A stretch of DNA of 61,248 nucleotides, filler included, from 5 parts of 5 records of this genome joined end to end with filler, not necessarily neighbours in it, one strand, 5' to 3'. Counted from the first letter of the whole stretch, positions 17,639 to 28,015 are shown. Numbers and translations: made by a program. Notes: generated from the sequence alone by a model not told the origin.

Positions 17639-17847
17639 AATTCAAAACAATCTTAACCATAGTGCTGTTTATTGCCTTCGTAGGCCTGTGCAGTTTTGAA
17701 ACGGCAAGCCATATCAAAAGCAGTGCAGAACGGGACATAAGCTCCGTGCGCTACACCCGCGGCATTGAAACCCCGGCAAAAAAGGAAAAGAAAAAACAAG
17801 ATTTTAATTTGAATAAAATTTTGCAAGATACTGACCTGAACGGTTAG
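17635..17847 (+). CDS. Small exported or membrane-anchored protein ending the rdh operon
   Basis: AAGGAG RBS, ATGA overlap with rdhC, N-terminal hydrophobic segment MKFKTILTIVLFIAFVGL. Confidence 0.65.
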   Translation: MKFKTILTIVLFIAFVGLCSFETASHIKSSAERDISSVRYTRGIETPAKKEKKKQDFNLNKILQDTDLNG

Positions 17848-17859
17848 TGACGCAATTTG

Positions 17860-17900
17860 AAAGGTCCGCAAACCAATAAATAATTTGCGGACCTTTTTTT
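17860..17900. terminator. Bidirectional terminator
   Basis: AAAGGTCCGCAAA...TTTGCGGACCTTTTTTT. Confidence 0.8.
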
Positions 17901-17904
17901 AAGA

Positions 17905-18465
17905 TCAATCGACAATGCATTCATGCAACGAACTCAGCAACCCAGCTGCCTTTTCCCGGACCTGTTTCAAATCCTCGGCATTGGGACGGCCCTCAATATT
18001 TCCAAGCCGTCCGCTGGTATTGAAATGCTGCATTTTTTCAGGGACAAAAGCTCCCACGACCGACCATTCGTCAGCCACGGTTATACCCATATGATCAAAA
18101 AGCTGGCCCATGTATTTAATGGCCGGGATTGCCTCGGCCTCTCCGGTATGCGGTCCGGCGTAGGTGCAATAAATGCAGGCAAATTTTCCGGGAATACGCG
18201 GAGAGCCGGGAAGAATCAGGTTATTGTCACGGGCATAACCGAGCTGGCGGTCAATCCAATCTTTGACAGATTTACCCGGAAGCCAAGTGTAGACCCCGGA
18301 ACCGATAAAAGTTAGGTCATAATTCAGCAGATCGAAAATTACGCCTTCTTTTTTAAGGTTGACGGTGCTGACATTGTGTCCGGCCTGCTCCGCAACATTT
18401 GCAATTTCAAGGGCCACCTTCTCGGTCTGGCCGTTAAGTGAGCCGTAAAGGTTGAGAATCTCCAT
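17905..18465 (-). CDS. Flavodoxin-like protein
   Basis: LYGSLNGQTEKVA phosphate-binding loop; IGSGVY. Confidence 0.8.
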   Translation of the reverse strand: MEILNLYGSLNGQTEKVALEIANVAEQAGHNVSTVNLKKEGVIFDLLNYDLTFIGSGVYTWLPGKSVKDWIDRQLGYARDNNLILPGSPRIPGKFACIYCTYAGPHTGEAEAIPAIKYMGQLFDHMGITVADEWSVVGAFVPEKMQHFNTSGRLGNIEGRPNAEDLKQVREKAAGLLSSLHECIVD

Positions 18466-18483
18466 ACTCTGACTCCTTCTGAA

Positions 18484-19086
18484 TTATTTTTTGCTAAAAC
18501 AAATCAAATAATTAAATCCAAGATCAACATATTCTGACTCAGCAAAACCAAGCGGTTCAGCCACAGCTTTAAGTTCCTCAGCGGAAATACGCATATGCAA
18601 CGGCGGACCGAAGTCTATTTTTTCTTTCTTGCATTCCAGCACAGCCACCTGCCCTGAATCTTTCAGCACCCTGCTGATTTCCTTGAAAAGAACAGGGCCG
18701 CACTCATCCAGACTCATGCAATGCAGGGAAGTGCTCATCAGGCAGGTATCCACGCTATTGTCCTCAAACAGCAGCGATCCGGTCATATCACCGAGGTGGG
18801 TGCTGATATTCTTCAATCCATTATCAACGGCCTGAATCCTGACCTGCTCAAGCATACTTGCATTACTGTCAAAGGCGTAAACCTTGCCGGACGGCCCCAC
18901 ATCACAAGCTGCGTGGATTGAATAATCCCCGGGGCCGCAGCCCAGATCTAGAAAAACATCCCCATCCTGAAGTTCCAAGGCCTTAAAAACCAGATTTGAA
19001 TCATGCATACCGTAACTGGTGGGTCCGCGCCTGTGCCTTCCATGTCCCCCGTGACAATGCATTCCGCTTTTATGTTCTTTATTCAT
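18484..19086 (-). CDS. Class I SAM-dependent methyltransferase
   Basis: FLDLGCGPG, EISRVLK, FGPP; His-rich N-terminus. Confidence 0.88.
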   Translation of the reverse strand: MNKEHKSGMHCHGGHGRHRRGPTSYGMHDSNLVFKALELQDGDVFLDLGCGPGDYSIHAACDVGPSGKVYAFDSNASMLEQVRIQAVDNGLKNISTHLGDMTGSLLFEDNSVDTCLMSTSLHCMSLDECGPVLFKEISRVLKDSGQVAVLECKKEKIDFGPPLHMRISAEELKAVAEPLGFAESEYVDLGFNYLICFSKK

Positions 19087-19105
19087 TCTTCATGCTCCGC
19101 AGGAA

Positions 19106-22100
19106 TTAAAGGTTGTACAGGAAGGAATCCACCTTGAGCCTGTTGTTTTCATTACGGTTGCCGTCAAAGGTCAGGGAAAGGATCGGGGCATAGGGCTTAT
19201 CATCCAGACGGTCCTTGAGAATCCCAAGACTGATTCCGGTATTTTCATACATGGAGGTCACCGAGATTACTCCTTTGACCCCAAGTATTTTTTCCATGAT
19301 CTTGGAACCCCGGTAACGGCCGAAGCCTCCGGAATAGAAACCAAGCCCCCGGTCTGCGGTTTTCTTCAGGGTTCCGAAACTTTTCTCATAGTGACTGAAT
19401 TCTCCCAACCGCTCGGAAACCCGCTCCATGTATTCCTTGAACCTTCCGATATTGCTGCGCAAAGAGGAGTCAGCACCAACCTTGTTAAAGTTATAATAGT
19501 CACACCAAAGATTCCAGACATATTCGCTCAAGGGAGCATAGATTACCCGCCTGCCCTGCCCTTCAAGTCTTTCAAAGGTGTTGTCGTTAAGCAGGCTTTT
19601 GAAGAGAACCAATGGTTCACCTATAGCCATGATCGCTCCGTCATGATCCTGCCGGGCAAGGGTTTCACGGACTATGCGCGCAGTTGACTCCAGTTTTTCA
19701 ATGTTCAACTGGTCGCGGGAGGCCAGCCGGAGCACAAACTCAAGGGTCTCTCCCCGCAATGCAGGAGGGGTATGCAGCACAAGGTCCCCGGCCAGCAGAC
19801 AAAGGAAAAGCATGCCTGCATCTTCATCATCCAGCAGACGCAATTCCTCCATGTACGGTGAAATCAGCTGCACATCCTCCAGCCCTTCCTGATCAAGCAC
19901 ACAACGCATAAACCGACTGTATTGCCCATCCACTTCGGCCCCCTCATTCTGGGGAATCAATACAGCAGGATGGACACCAACCTTTTGATCCTTCAAAGCA
20001 CTGAGCACATCACCCAGCAGAGCGGTCAGTGAAAAGTATTCATTGCCTGAAGAATACCTGCGGCCCATATCCACGGACTCCATTGAAGTAGCCGGGATAG
20101 CACGGGCATCAACCCCTTTGGCCTTAAGCATGGCACAACCGATGGTGGAGTAAGGATAGATATCCGGCAGCAGAAGCTGGCGGGAGCCCAACTGAGAATA
20201 GTCAGTCAGGAGATTTACCGGATCGGCACTTCCCAGACTCACATATTCTTCCACCTTCAGAGCCTCGCGCTCCGGCACTTTGCTCAGACTGTTCACGAAA
20301 GCCTCCACACGGGTCTGCACACCCACACTGGAAGAATGCTCGTCCACCTCAATGGTCAGGGAGGGTTTGTCTTTCAAAAGCTCTCCGTAATAATAAGCGA
20401 AAACCGTATCCGGTCCGCAGCCGTGATGGATCAGGAAAATGGGATAGAGATTGGGATGCTTGGCAACCAGCTTTGCCGCAGCCAGCATATGCTGTCCGAA
20501 TGGCCAGAACATGTTCGGATGTTCCATGAAGATATCCGATTCCGGGAGATCGTAAAGCGGGATAGTCCGGTAGCCCATCTCAGCAAGCTTGTCCGGGATG
20601 CCCATATTCAGCACCGGATCGGCAACACCGTAAATCTTGGAAATAAGCACAAAGGCCTTGGCATTGGGATCAAGTGAACTCAGGGTTTCCCGTCCGCGTT
20701 CCTTCATCCGCACCTGCAATCCCTCTTGCGCCCTCATTGCAGCCTTAAGAGCTGCTCCGGTTTCCTGCGCTGATTTACCGATTTGTTGCCCCAAAGCCAT
20801 GAACTGGGACTGCAAGAATTCCTGCCCCTGATTGAAAGCAAGTGTCGGGGCCAGCAACTTGCTATTCTTTTCCTCAAGCTTCATGGCCTCACTGACAATC
20901 TTAAAGGCCAGCTGCATGTAAGGGCAGCCGTAAGTCTGTCGTGATTTGGAACTGGGGTGGAACGCGGTAAACAAATCAGGGAAGAAGAGATAATCAACGC
21001 CCTGCTCAACCAGTTGGGCTGCATGTCCGTTAACCAGTTTGACCGGATAGCAGGTTTCATCGAGAGCATATTCCTGCGCCTTGCTGATGGTCGCCCCGGA
21101 GGTAGGTTCAGAAAGAACTACATTCATATCCAGTGATTTAAAAAAAGTATGGAACATGGTGAACATGCCGAAGGTAAATAAAGCCCGGGGCATGCCGACA
21201 GTTTTTTTCTGCGGATCAATAACCGGGTCATAATCGCGGAAAATAAAATCCTGCACCTGCCTGTTGAAAGTGCCGGGAGCAAATTGCGTTTCAGGCGAAA
21301 CATCAACACTGTCCGGTTTTTCATCTTCCAGATTGAAACCCTTGAAGGAAGTTTCTCCTTTCATCTCCTCACGGGCAAGAATCGCAGCGCCTACAGCTCC
21401 GCTAACACTGAAGAAAGGCGGCACCAGCACATCCATACCGTGAACAGCCCGGAAAGCATTAATAATGGCCTGATTATAGGCCACCCCGCCCTGCAGGAGA
21501 ATCTTCTTACCAACTTTTTTACGCCCAACTACGCGGTTGGTGTAGTTCTTGATAATAGAATAGCAGAGTCCGGCAGCAATATCCGGGATGGGGTCACCCT
21601 GCGCCAGATGGGCGGCAATACTGGTTTCCATAAACACGGTACAACGCTCGCCAAGATTGATAGGAGAGTTGCTCTTGAAGGCAGTATCAGCGTAATCCTC
21701 AAGGGCAATACCGATCTTCTTGGCCTGCTCTTCAATGAAAGATCCTGTTCCGGCAGCGCAAACCTTATTCATCTGAAAATCGGAAACAGCACCGTCCTTG
21801 ATGGAAATGAATTTTGAATCCTGTCCGCCGATCTCAAAAACAGTATCTACATCAGGATAAAAAGAAACCGCAGCACGGGCCTGCGCAGTAATCTCATCTT
21901 TGATCACATCCGCGCCAACCAGCCGTCCGGTCATATTCCGCCCGGAACCGGTGGTTGCCGCACCAAGCACCTTGACCTTTCCGGCAAAATCCCGGTCCAG
22001 CTCCTCAAGACCGGTTTTAACCGCCTTGACCGGATTTCCGGCAGTACGCAAATAGCGGTACCCCAATACCCGGTTAGTAGAATCCACCAAAACCACGTTG

Positions 22101-23089
22101 GTACTGGTGGAGCCGACATCCACACCGACCCAGCACTCCACGGAGGCGCTTTCCATGGAAATATCCCGGCAGATATGCTTGCCTGTTGCGTCGGCAATTC
22201 CATATCCGGCCAGCGCAGGTAAAACGATCTTTTCCTCTGCGCAAAAGAGGGGGCCGCAACTGCCCTGCAATGAATCCAGCAACAGTCCGATATTAACGGG
22301 CTTTCCTTCCTTAAGGCCGATCACCGCCGCTCCCACGGCTCCGGCAACCTTACCCTGCTGATGAAGGACAAGCTGCTCTTCGCTTAAATCCAAAACCTTT
22401 TGCAAGGCAGACACAATCGCCTTGTTCCGTGAGACTCCCCCAGCAAAAAAAAACGGAGAGTTCTTGGGCAGGCCGCGCATAACTGCATTGCGGTAATTTC
22501 TAGCCGTGGCATAGGCCAGTCCGCGCAGGATGTCTGGAATAGCTACCCCTTCCTGCTGGTGGTGGGTGATGTCGGTCTTGGCAAAGACGCTGCATCTCCC
22601 TGCAATTCTGGGAGTCGAAAAAGCTTCAGCCTCAATGCGCGAATAATCCTCAATCTCAATCCCGATACGCGATGCCTGTTCTTCAAGAAATGATCCCGTG
22701 CCGGCCGAGCAGTCAGGATTAAGTGAAAATTCCATACCGGACCGCTGGTCATCACCAAATCCGGTAATGAACCCGGCGCGCTGACCACCGATTTCAATAA
22801 TTGATGCGCAAGAAGGAGCCAGCAATCCAGCCCCTTCCACCAGCGCAGCCAGATCATTGACGCCATGGATAGTTCCTTCTCCGGAAAGGATCTTCCCGCC
22901 GGACCCGGTGATGGCTCCGCAAAGTCCTTCTACATTGAACTCCGGTTTCAGCTCTTTCAGCATGCGAGCCAAAGCCTGAATCGGTTGCCCCTTATGGAGT
23001 ATGTACCTACTGCAGATCACTTCATGATCTTCGTCGAGAACAACCACTTTAACCGAGGAATAACCGATATCTATACCTATGCTATGCAT
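19106..23089 (-). CDS. Fused acyl-CoA dehydratase activase-like protein (two BadF/BadG/BcrA/BcrD ASKHA ATPase modules + DUF2229-like region)
   Basis: GIDIGYSSVK and GVDVGSTSTN; EIGGQ twice; CSAGTGSF and CAAGTGSF; ETCYPVK, HGCGPD, VDEHSS. Confidence 0.88.
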   Translation of the reverse strand: MHSIGIDIGYSSVKVVVLDEDHEVICSRYILHKGQPIQALARMLKELKPEFNVEGLCGAITGSGGKILSGEGTIHGVNDLAALVEGAGLLAPSCASIIEIGGQRAGFITGFGDDQRSGMEFSLNPDCSAGTGSFLEEQASRIGIEIEDYSRIEAEAFSTPRIAGRCSVFAKTDITHHQQEGVAIPDILRGLAYATARNYRNAVMRGLPKNSPFFFAGGVSRNKAIVSALQKVLDLSEEQLVLHQQGKVAGAVGAAVIGLKEGKPVNIGLLLDSLQGSCGPLFCAEEKIVLPALAGYGIADATGKHICRDISMESASVECWVGVDVGSTSTNVVLVDSTNRVLGYRYLRTAGNPVKAVKTGLEELDRDFAGKVKVLGAATTGSGRNMTGRLVGADVIKDEITAQARAAVSFYPDVDTVFEIGGQDSKFISIKDGAVSDFQMNKVCAAGTGSFIEEQAKKIGIALEDYADTAFKSNSPINLGERCTVFMETSIAAHLAQGDPIPDIAAGLCYSIIKNYTNRVVGRKKVGKKILLQGGVAYNQAIINAFRAVHGMDVLVPPFFSVSGAVGAAILAREEMKGETSFKGFNLEDEKPDSVDVSPETQFAPGTFNRQVQDFIFRDYDPVIDPQKKTVGMPRALFTFGMFTMFHTFFKSLDMNVVLSEPTSGATISKAQEYALDETCYPVKLVNGHAAQLVEQGVDYLFFPDLFTAFHPSSKSRQTYGCPYMQLAFKIVSEAMKLEEKNSKLLAPTLAFNQGQEFLQSQFMALGQQIGKSAQETGAALKAAMRAQEGLQVRMKERGRETLSSLDPNAKAFVLISKIYGVADPVLNMGIPDKLAEMGYRTIPLYDLPESDIFMEHPNMFWPFGQHMLAAAKLVAKHPNLYPIFLIHHGCGPDTVFAYYYGELLKDKPSLTIEVDEHSSSVGVQTRVEAFVNSLSKVPEREALKVEEYVSLGSADPVNLLTDYSQLGSRQLLLPDIYPYSTIGCAMLKAKGVDARAIPATSMESVDMGRRYSSGNEYFSLTALLGDVLSALKDQKVGVHPAVLIPQNEGAEVDGQYSRFMRCVLDQEGLEDVQLISPYMEELRLLDDEDAGMLFLCLLAGDLVLHTPPALRGETLEFVLRLASRDQLNIEKLESTARIVRETLARQDHDGAIMAIGEPLVLFKSLLNDNTFERLEGQGRRVIYAPLSEYVWNLWCDYYNFNKVGADSSLRSNIGRFKEYMERVSERLGEFSHYEKSFGTLKKTADRGLGFYSGGFGRYRGSKIMEKILGVKGVISVTSMYENTGISLGILKDRLDDKPYAPILSLTFDGNRNENNRLKVDSFLYNL

Positions 23090-23160
23090 CTAATCCTCCA
23101 TTTTAGTTAAGGAGCTAAACCATATTAGTAAAAAATTTTACCTTGAAGACCAAAAGGGGG

Positions 23161-23652
23161 TTACCCCCTTTGACCGCCGGATGTAAAAATCTCTTCCATA
23201 CGTTCATCGACCACGGTTTCAATCACCGCAAGAATAGCGGTAGTTGTTGCCAATTGCGGATCGGAAAAATCATCCAGCCTTTCCAGCAAATTATGCATAT
23301 GGCGCTCATGAAATTCCTGATGTTTCCTGAACGCTCTCCATCCTGATTCGGTCAAGAAAGTCAACAATTCCTTATTGTTGTCCGGGGCACGTTCCTTGCG
23401 GACGAAACCACGTTTCTCCAACTTGCCGACCATTTGGGAAATAGCGCTTTTGGTCACTCCCAGCACCAGAGCAACAGACTTTAGATTGGAACCTTCATTC
23501 AGGCCGATAGCCTGCAAGCAATGAATTTCCCCGGGCCTGAGTTCCACCCCATCCCCGATTGGAATAGGTTGCCCCTCAATACGCAAATGCTTATTGATGA
23601 TACGCATTAATCTTCCGGTCATATGCTTGATGGTCTCTTCTTTATTACTCAT
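23161..23652 (-). CDS. MarR-family regulator
   Basis: LGVTKSAISQMVGKLEKRGFV...LTESG; start at MSNKEE avoids overlap with the upstream gene. Confidence 0.88.
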   Translation of the reverse strand: MSNKEETIKHMTGRLMRIINKHLRIEGQPIPIGDGVELRPGEIHCLQAIGLNEGSNLKSVALVLGVTKSAISQMVGKLEKRGFVRKERAPDNNKELLTFLTESGWRAFRKHQEFHERHMHNLLERLDDFSDPQLATTTAILAVIETVVDERMEEIFTSGGQRG

Positions 23653-23689
23653 ATCAATTTGATAAAGTCGCTTAACTGTTACTGTCAAG

Positions 23690-24994
23690 CTAAAAACTAT
23701 ACCTAATTGAACTGTAAACATTTGAGTTATTGGTGAACTGACCAAAGAAGGTCTGCTCATGGGCACCAACAAAAATATTAGCCCCGCAGCCCACGGTCAT
23801 ACGGTCCGAGACCTTATACTGCACCCCGGGCCGCAAATAGGCATCTTCATCACTGGGGGAATAATAGCCGTCAAAACTCAGGGTAAGGTTCTGGTTCATG
23901 AGCTGCTGGGTAAACTGCATGGTGATGACATGACGAAATTCATCCTTGGGATACTTGGGATTATGCACCGCAAGATAATTGCCGTAATCCAGCATCTGCT
24001 CAATGTAATACTGAACCTCACAATTGCTGTCGGTCCAGAGTTCCTGCGCATAACCGACCAGATAGCGAATTTCGGAATTATCCACCTGTGCATTGGTTCC
24101 GCCACGGCTTTTAGTTGAATCGTACCAGGCCACTTCCATATTACCGATACCCGGACCGACCTGTCCCCGAATACTTGCTCCATAAACATTGAGAGCAGGG
24201 AAAGTGGCTTCATCATCTGAATTCATCCCGGCGGGCTTCTTCCAATACCCCCAGTAACCGTAGAGAGCCAGCTCATAGTTATTGATATTCTTATAAATAC
24301 GGGCGGAGACCTCATCATTCTCAAACCATTCGTCAGGCTCGTCGGTATCAAGGAGATTATCACGACCGACTAGACGATCCTCGAGTCCGCTGAAATAGGA
24401 GATGTATTCCCCGTCAATATAACGGTCCGGTTCGAATTTAGGAGTATAAACCAGATCGACGTTGGCCAGTTCGGTAAAAAAACTGACCTTGGCTGAATTA
24501 CAGGGGGCCTTCAAATATTCAGCATCCCTGCCCATAAAGAAAGAACGCCAGTCTTTGGAAAAAAGGTCATTCAGGAAGACCAGTCCGCCTGTCCCCCAAG
24601 TCAGGACCTGCCGTCCGAATTTGATATCCATGAAATCCGTCGGCCTGGAAAACATCCACAATTCGCGGGTTTCGTAAACAATGCGGTCAGTCACCCCGTC
24701 TACACGCAAGTCGCCCTTGTATTTGAAGTCGGCCCAGTCGGTGTAGGTGAACAGTTCACCCTGCAGACGCAGCTCAGCCATGGAGATCTGCTTTTCTTCC
24801 GGGTCCTTCTGGGTACGGGCACCTGCTCGGGCTTCCACAAAGCCGTTGAATTCCAGCGGCGAGAACTGTTCACTGAATGATTCCAGCCAGCTCTCCCCGC
24901 TTTCTTCTGCCGAGGCAGGTCCGGCCATTACCTCCAGCAATGCCGCTAGTACGAACAGCCAGACCATTACGCTTATACTCCTGAGCAGGCTCAT
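23690..24994 (-). CDS. Probable outer-membrane beta-barrel protein (DUF1302-like)
   Basis: Signal peptide, GRQVLTWG motif, C-terminal YSF. Confidence 0.7.
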   Translation of the reverse strand: MSLLRSISVMVWLFVLAALLEVMAGPASAEESGESWLESFSEQFSPLEFNGFVEARAGARTQKDPEEKQISMAELRLQGELFTYTDWADFKYKGDLRVDGVTDRIVYETRELWMFSRPTDFMDIKFGRQVLTWGTGGLVFLNDLFSKDWRSFFMGRDAEYLKAPCNSAKVSFFTELANVDLVYTPKFEPDRYIDGEYISYFSGLEDRLVGRDNLLDTDEPDEWFENDEVSARIYKNINNYELALYGYWGYWKKPAGMNSDDEATFPALNVYGASIRGQVGPGIGNMEVAWYDSTKSRGGTNAQVDNSEIRYLVGYAQELWTDSNCEVQYYIEQMLDYGNYLAVHNPKYPKDEFRHVITMQFTQQLMNQNLTLSFDGYYSPSDEDAYLRPGVQYKVSDRMTVGCGANIFVGAHEQTFFGQFTNNSNVYSSIRYSF

Positions 24995-25809
24995 CGCATC
25001 AATTCCCTCGGCGGACGGCGCAGGTACCTTTCACCGAAAATGGACTCTTTAACCTGAAGGTCATAGTCCACGCCGGAAAAGGTCATCACGGTTTCGCTGC
25101 CGGTTTCAAGGTTTTTGACCTTGGAAACAGTCACCGTGGGGTAGGTCTGACCGCTCTTATCTGATGCAATTTTCTCAACCTTGAGCACTTCCATGGTCCG
25201 GTAAGGTTTATCAGAACTCTTGAAGTACTCCATACGCATGGGCAGATAGGTTTTCATGTCCACGTAGGCCACATAATGGGAGAATTCCACGTTACCGGGA
25301 TTCTTAGGAGTGTTCTTGAGCACGTAAAAGCCGTTCTCACTGCCCAGCAGTTCGTGAACATCTTCATGCAGGCTGCGCCCGGAGATATCCTCATACAGAA
25401 AATCCGATCCGGCGAAGCTGGTCCTTTTATCACCGGCGGCAATCCTTTTAACCATGTCCAGACTGGGCATATACAGCCAGCGGGAATCGTCCTTGCCCGG
25501 TTCAACTGTCTTGTGCACGAGGAAGACCATTTTGCGCACGTCTGCCGGGGATTTGAAGTAGGACATATACAACTGTCTGGCATCACCGTCGCCCACGTCT
25601 TTACGCAGGATGTTCAGATCACGCTCTCTGGTGCGCCCTTGGCTATCTATGATTTCAAGGTGCACTTTGCCCTTGCAGGTTTCGCCCTGATAAAGGGCCA
25701 TGTGGTTAGACTTGTTGACTATGGTTTCAACGTCCAGGGTTTCCGCCCAAGCCGATGCACTCGAAATCAATGCCATCACTGCGAATATTGATAATATTTT
25801 GAATTTCAT
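24991..25809 (-). CDS. Outer-membrane lipoprotein-sorting (LolA-like) protein
   Basis: Signal peptide; FKSPADVRKMVFL, WLYMPSLDMVKRIA, SFAGSDFLYED. Confidence 0.85.
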   Translation of the reverse strand: MKFKILSIFAVMALISSASAWAETLDVETIVNKSNHMALYQGETCKGKVHLEIIDSQGRTRERDLNILRKDVGDGDARQLYMSYFKSPADVRKMVFLVHKTVEPGKDDSRWLYMPSLDMVKRIAAGDKRTSFAGSDFLYEDISGRSLHEDVHELLGSENGFYVLKNTPKNPGNVEFSHYVAYVDMKTYLPMRMEYFKSSDKPYRTMEVLKVEKIASDKSGQTYPTVTVSKVKNLETGSETVMTFSGVDYDLQVKESIFGERYLRRPPRELMR

Positions 25810-25826
25810 GTTTAGCCTCTTTGATT

Positions 25827-25872
25827 TGATGCGCTTCGCGCTTTTTTATTGAACTCATTTTGCCTCCGGCGG
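25827..25872. repeat. REP-like repeat, copy 2, truncated by the contig end
   Basis: TGATGCGCTTCGCGCTTTT...TTGCCTCCGGCGG matches 16091-16134. Confidence 0.65.
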
Positions 25873-25972
25873 NNNNNNNNNNNNNNNNNNNNNNNNNNNN
25901 NNNNNNNNNNNNNNNNTTAATTAATTAANNNNNNNNNNNNNNNNNNNNNNNNNNNNNNNNNNNNNNNNNNNN
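25873..25972. other. Artificial contig spacer
   Basis: N44-TTAATTAATTAA-N44 (stops in all frames). Confidence 0.99.
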
Positions 25973-26051
25973 ATTATTTTACACAAATTTTGTTACAGTC
26001 TCTATGACAAATTCCTAGATTGAGTAATGTCAGCTTTAGTTAGTCAATAAA

Positions 26052-26251
26052 AATCAACCCCCGAGATGATGAACTGGGGGTTTTGCCTTTACGGGTGTAC
26101 GCTACTTTAATGACCATGCCTGAAAGGTGTTGATTAGTCTCGACACTTGTGGTTTTACAAGCTACTCATTAAATGAATTTTCTGTATCCATTACTAGTTG
26201 TTCTTCCAATTCATCCTCTTTCAATTGGTTTTCTATATAAGCCTTGATTTT
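26052..26251 (-). mobile_element. IS200/IS605-family remnant (TnpA C-terminal fragment and right-end hairpin)
   Basis: Minus 26251-26162 reads KIKAYIENQLKEDELEEQLVMDTENSFNE*, resembling the TnpA tail (YIxNQ); hairpin AACCCCC...GGGGGTT at 26056-26082. Confidence 0.6.
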
Positions 26252-26426
26252 TTATGATTTTGTCAATTAATAGGATACAAAATATGAGACTTAATGTTTA
26301 TAACCTCACTGTCTCATTTACTTAAATTACGTAATTTTCATATGAGTTTCTTCTATAGTTTTACTAATACTCTTCATTTGCGAGGGTTATACAAGTATCA
26401 CTTTCTGCATTGATTAAGTACAGATA

Positions 26427-26753
26427 TTAATTTATGCAGGGTAATATAATAATAAATGCTTTTGTATATTCGTCATAGGGCTGGATAACTTTTACTTCAC
26501 CACTGTGTTTTTCTATTATTTTTTGAGTAATTGATAAACCTAATCCACTATGTTCATCATTTTTTCGTGAATTATCTCCACAAACAAACGGGTTAAAAAT
26601 ATTATCTATAACACTTTCTGATATACTATTGCCAGTATCAGCAATAATCAACCTTCCAAGTATTTCATAACGATATAACTTGATAAGTACATGTATATCA
26701 CCGTCATTATGTGCAAGGAGAGTGTACTTTACTAATAATTTGCTGGGATGCAA
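26427..26753 (-). pseudogene. Histidine kinase HATPase_c fragment
   Basis: IADTG...IFNPF...SGLGLSITQKIIEKHSG; no HisKA or sensor region upstream. Confidence 0.7.
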
Positions 26754-27352
26754 AGTGGGGTATGTTTCAAATTCTGTTTATTTATCAAAATGGTAGTAAT
26801 CAAATAAGTAAAATTAAGAGGGTTTAGGGTAATAATTATCCATAATCCTTTTTATTTTTATGGGATTTAGTCAGCTGAGCACGAATATACGAAATATTAA
26901 TCACCTTCTATGTAGGTACTCACTAAATGTTATAATAGAATCACCTTCTAGCATCTAATTTAGGTTTCTAAGCCAAATCATAAATAGGAAGGTAAGTAAC
27001 GGTGAATAAAATAATTTGTTTACAGTACGTAAAATCGATGTGTAGTTATCAGATAATATTGAATTAAAGTACAGGTAAAAGATAAAAGAGTAACTTCGGC
27101 TCAAAGCTTAAAGAAGCTCTGTACTAGTACTTATAGTGACATTATTTATATCAAATTCTCAACTTTTTAGTGATTTTGCAGTGCAATAGACTATTTGATA
27201 TAATTGGCGAAAAAGGTATATGGATTTTAGAGACAACTACTTTATTAAGCTGATTAAATATATTAATAATGTTTATTATATGGAAACAGATAGAATACAT
27301 TACAGACAGCAGAATAAAAAAACAATAAGCTATAATTTGTAAGGGGAAATAT

Positions 27353-27898
27353 ATGTTTATTAATATTGATAATTTAACTATAAGAGAAGCAACTACAGAA
27401 GATGCAAAGCTATTAAGCAATTGGTGGAATGATGGAGCCGTTATGGAGCATGCAGGATTTCCCAAGGGTTTAGGTATTTCTGAAGAAGAAGTCGGAAAGA
27501 AATTACTTCCTAAAACTGCTGAAGAATGCAGAATCTTAATTATTGAAGTTGACTCTAAACCTATTGGAGAAATGAACTATCGCAAGGTTAGTGATAATTC
27601 AGCTACGATAGGTATTAAAATTTGCATACCTACAGAACGCTGTAAGGGCTATGGAACTAGATTCTTAGAATTGCTAATTCAAGAGTTATTAAATAACGGG
27701 TTTAACTATATTTTAGTTGATACTAATTTAAAAAACACACATGCGCAACATGTATATGAAAGCCTTGGTTTTACTAAGGATAGGGTAATGGTTGACTCGT
27801 GGGTAGATCAACTAGGTGTACCACAAACATTTATTTATTATGTATTGGACAGATATGATTTTAAATATGATGGAATTCATAAATATGGTAAATTATAA
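27353..27898 (+). CDS. GNAT (RimJ/RimL-like) acetyltransferase
   Basis: IREAT, KGYGT motif A, NTHAQHVYESLGF. Confidence 0.88.
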   Translation: MFINIDNLTIREATTEDAKLLSNWWNDGAVMEHAGFPKGLGISEEEVGKKLLPKTAEECRILIIEVDSKPIGEMNYRKVSDNSATIGIKICIPTERCKGYGTRFLELLIQELLNNGFNYILVDTNLKNTHAQHVYESLGFTKDRVMVDSWVDQLGVPQTFIYYVLDRYDFKYDGIHKYGKL

Positions 27899-28015
27899 GA
27901 GATTCTTTTAAAATACAAACCAACTCTGTAAGGTATTTTGCAGTGCTTTTCATTACTTCATTTCTCTCAAGTTGTTATATCTTTTTCATTTATTGTACCA
28001 ATTTGAAATACAGAA

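Noticed and set aside
25917-25928. TTAATTAATTAA palindrome recurring four times
   Set aside because: Synthetic all-frame stop linker inside N spacers, not biological.
26899-26950. 12-bp direct repeat AATCACCTTCTA, 40 bp apart
   Set aside because: Only two copies in an AT-rich decayed region; no array or associated gene.
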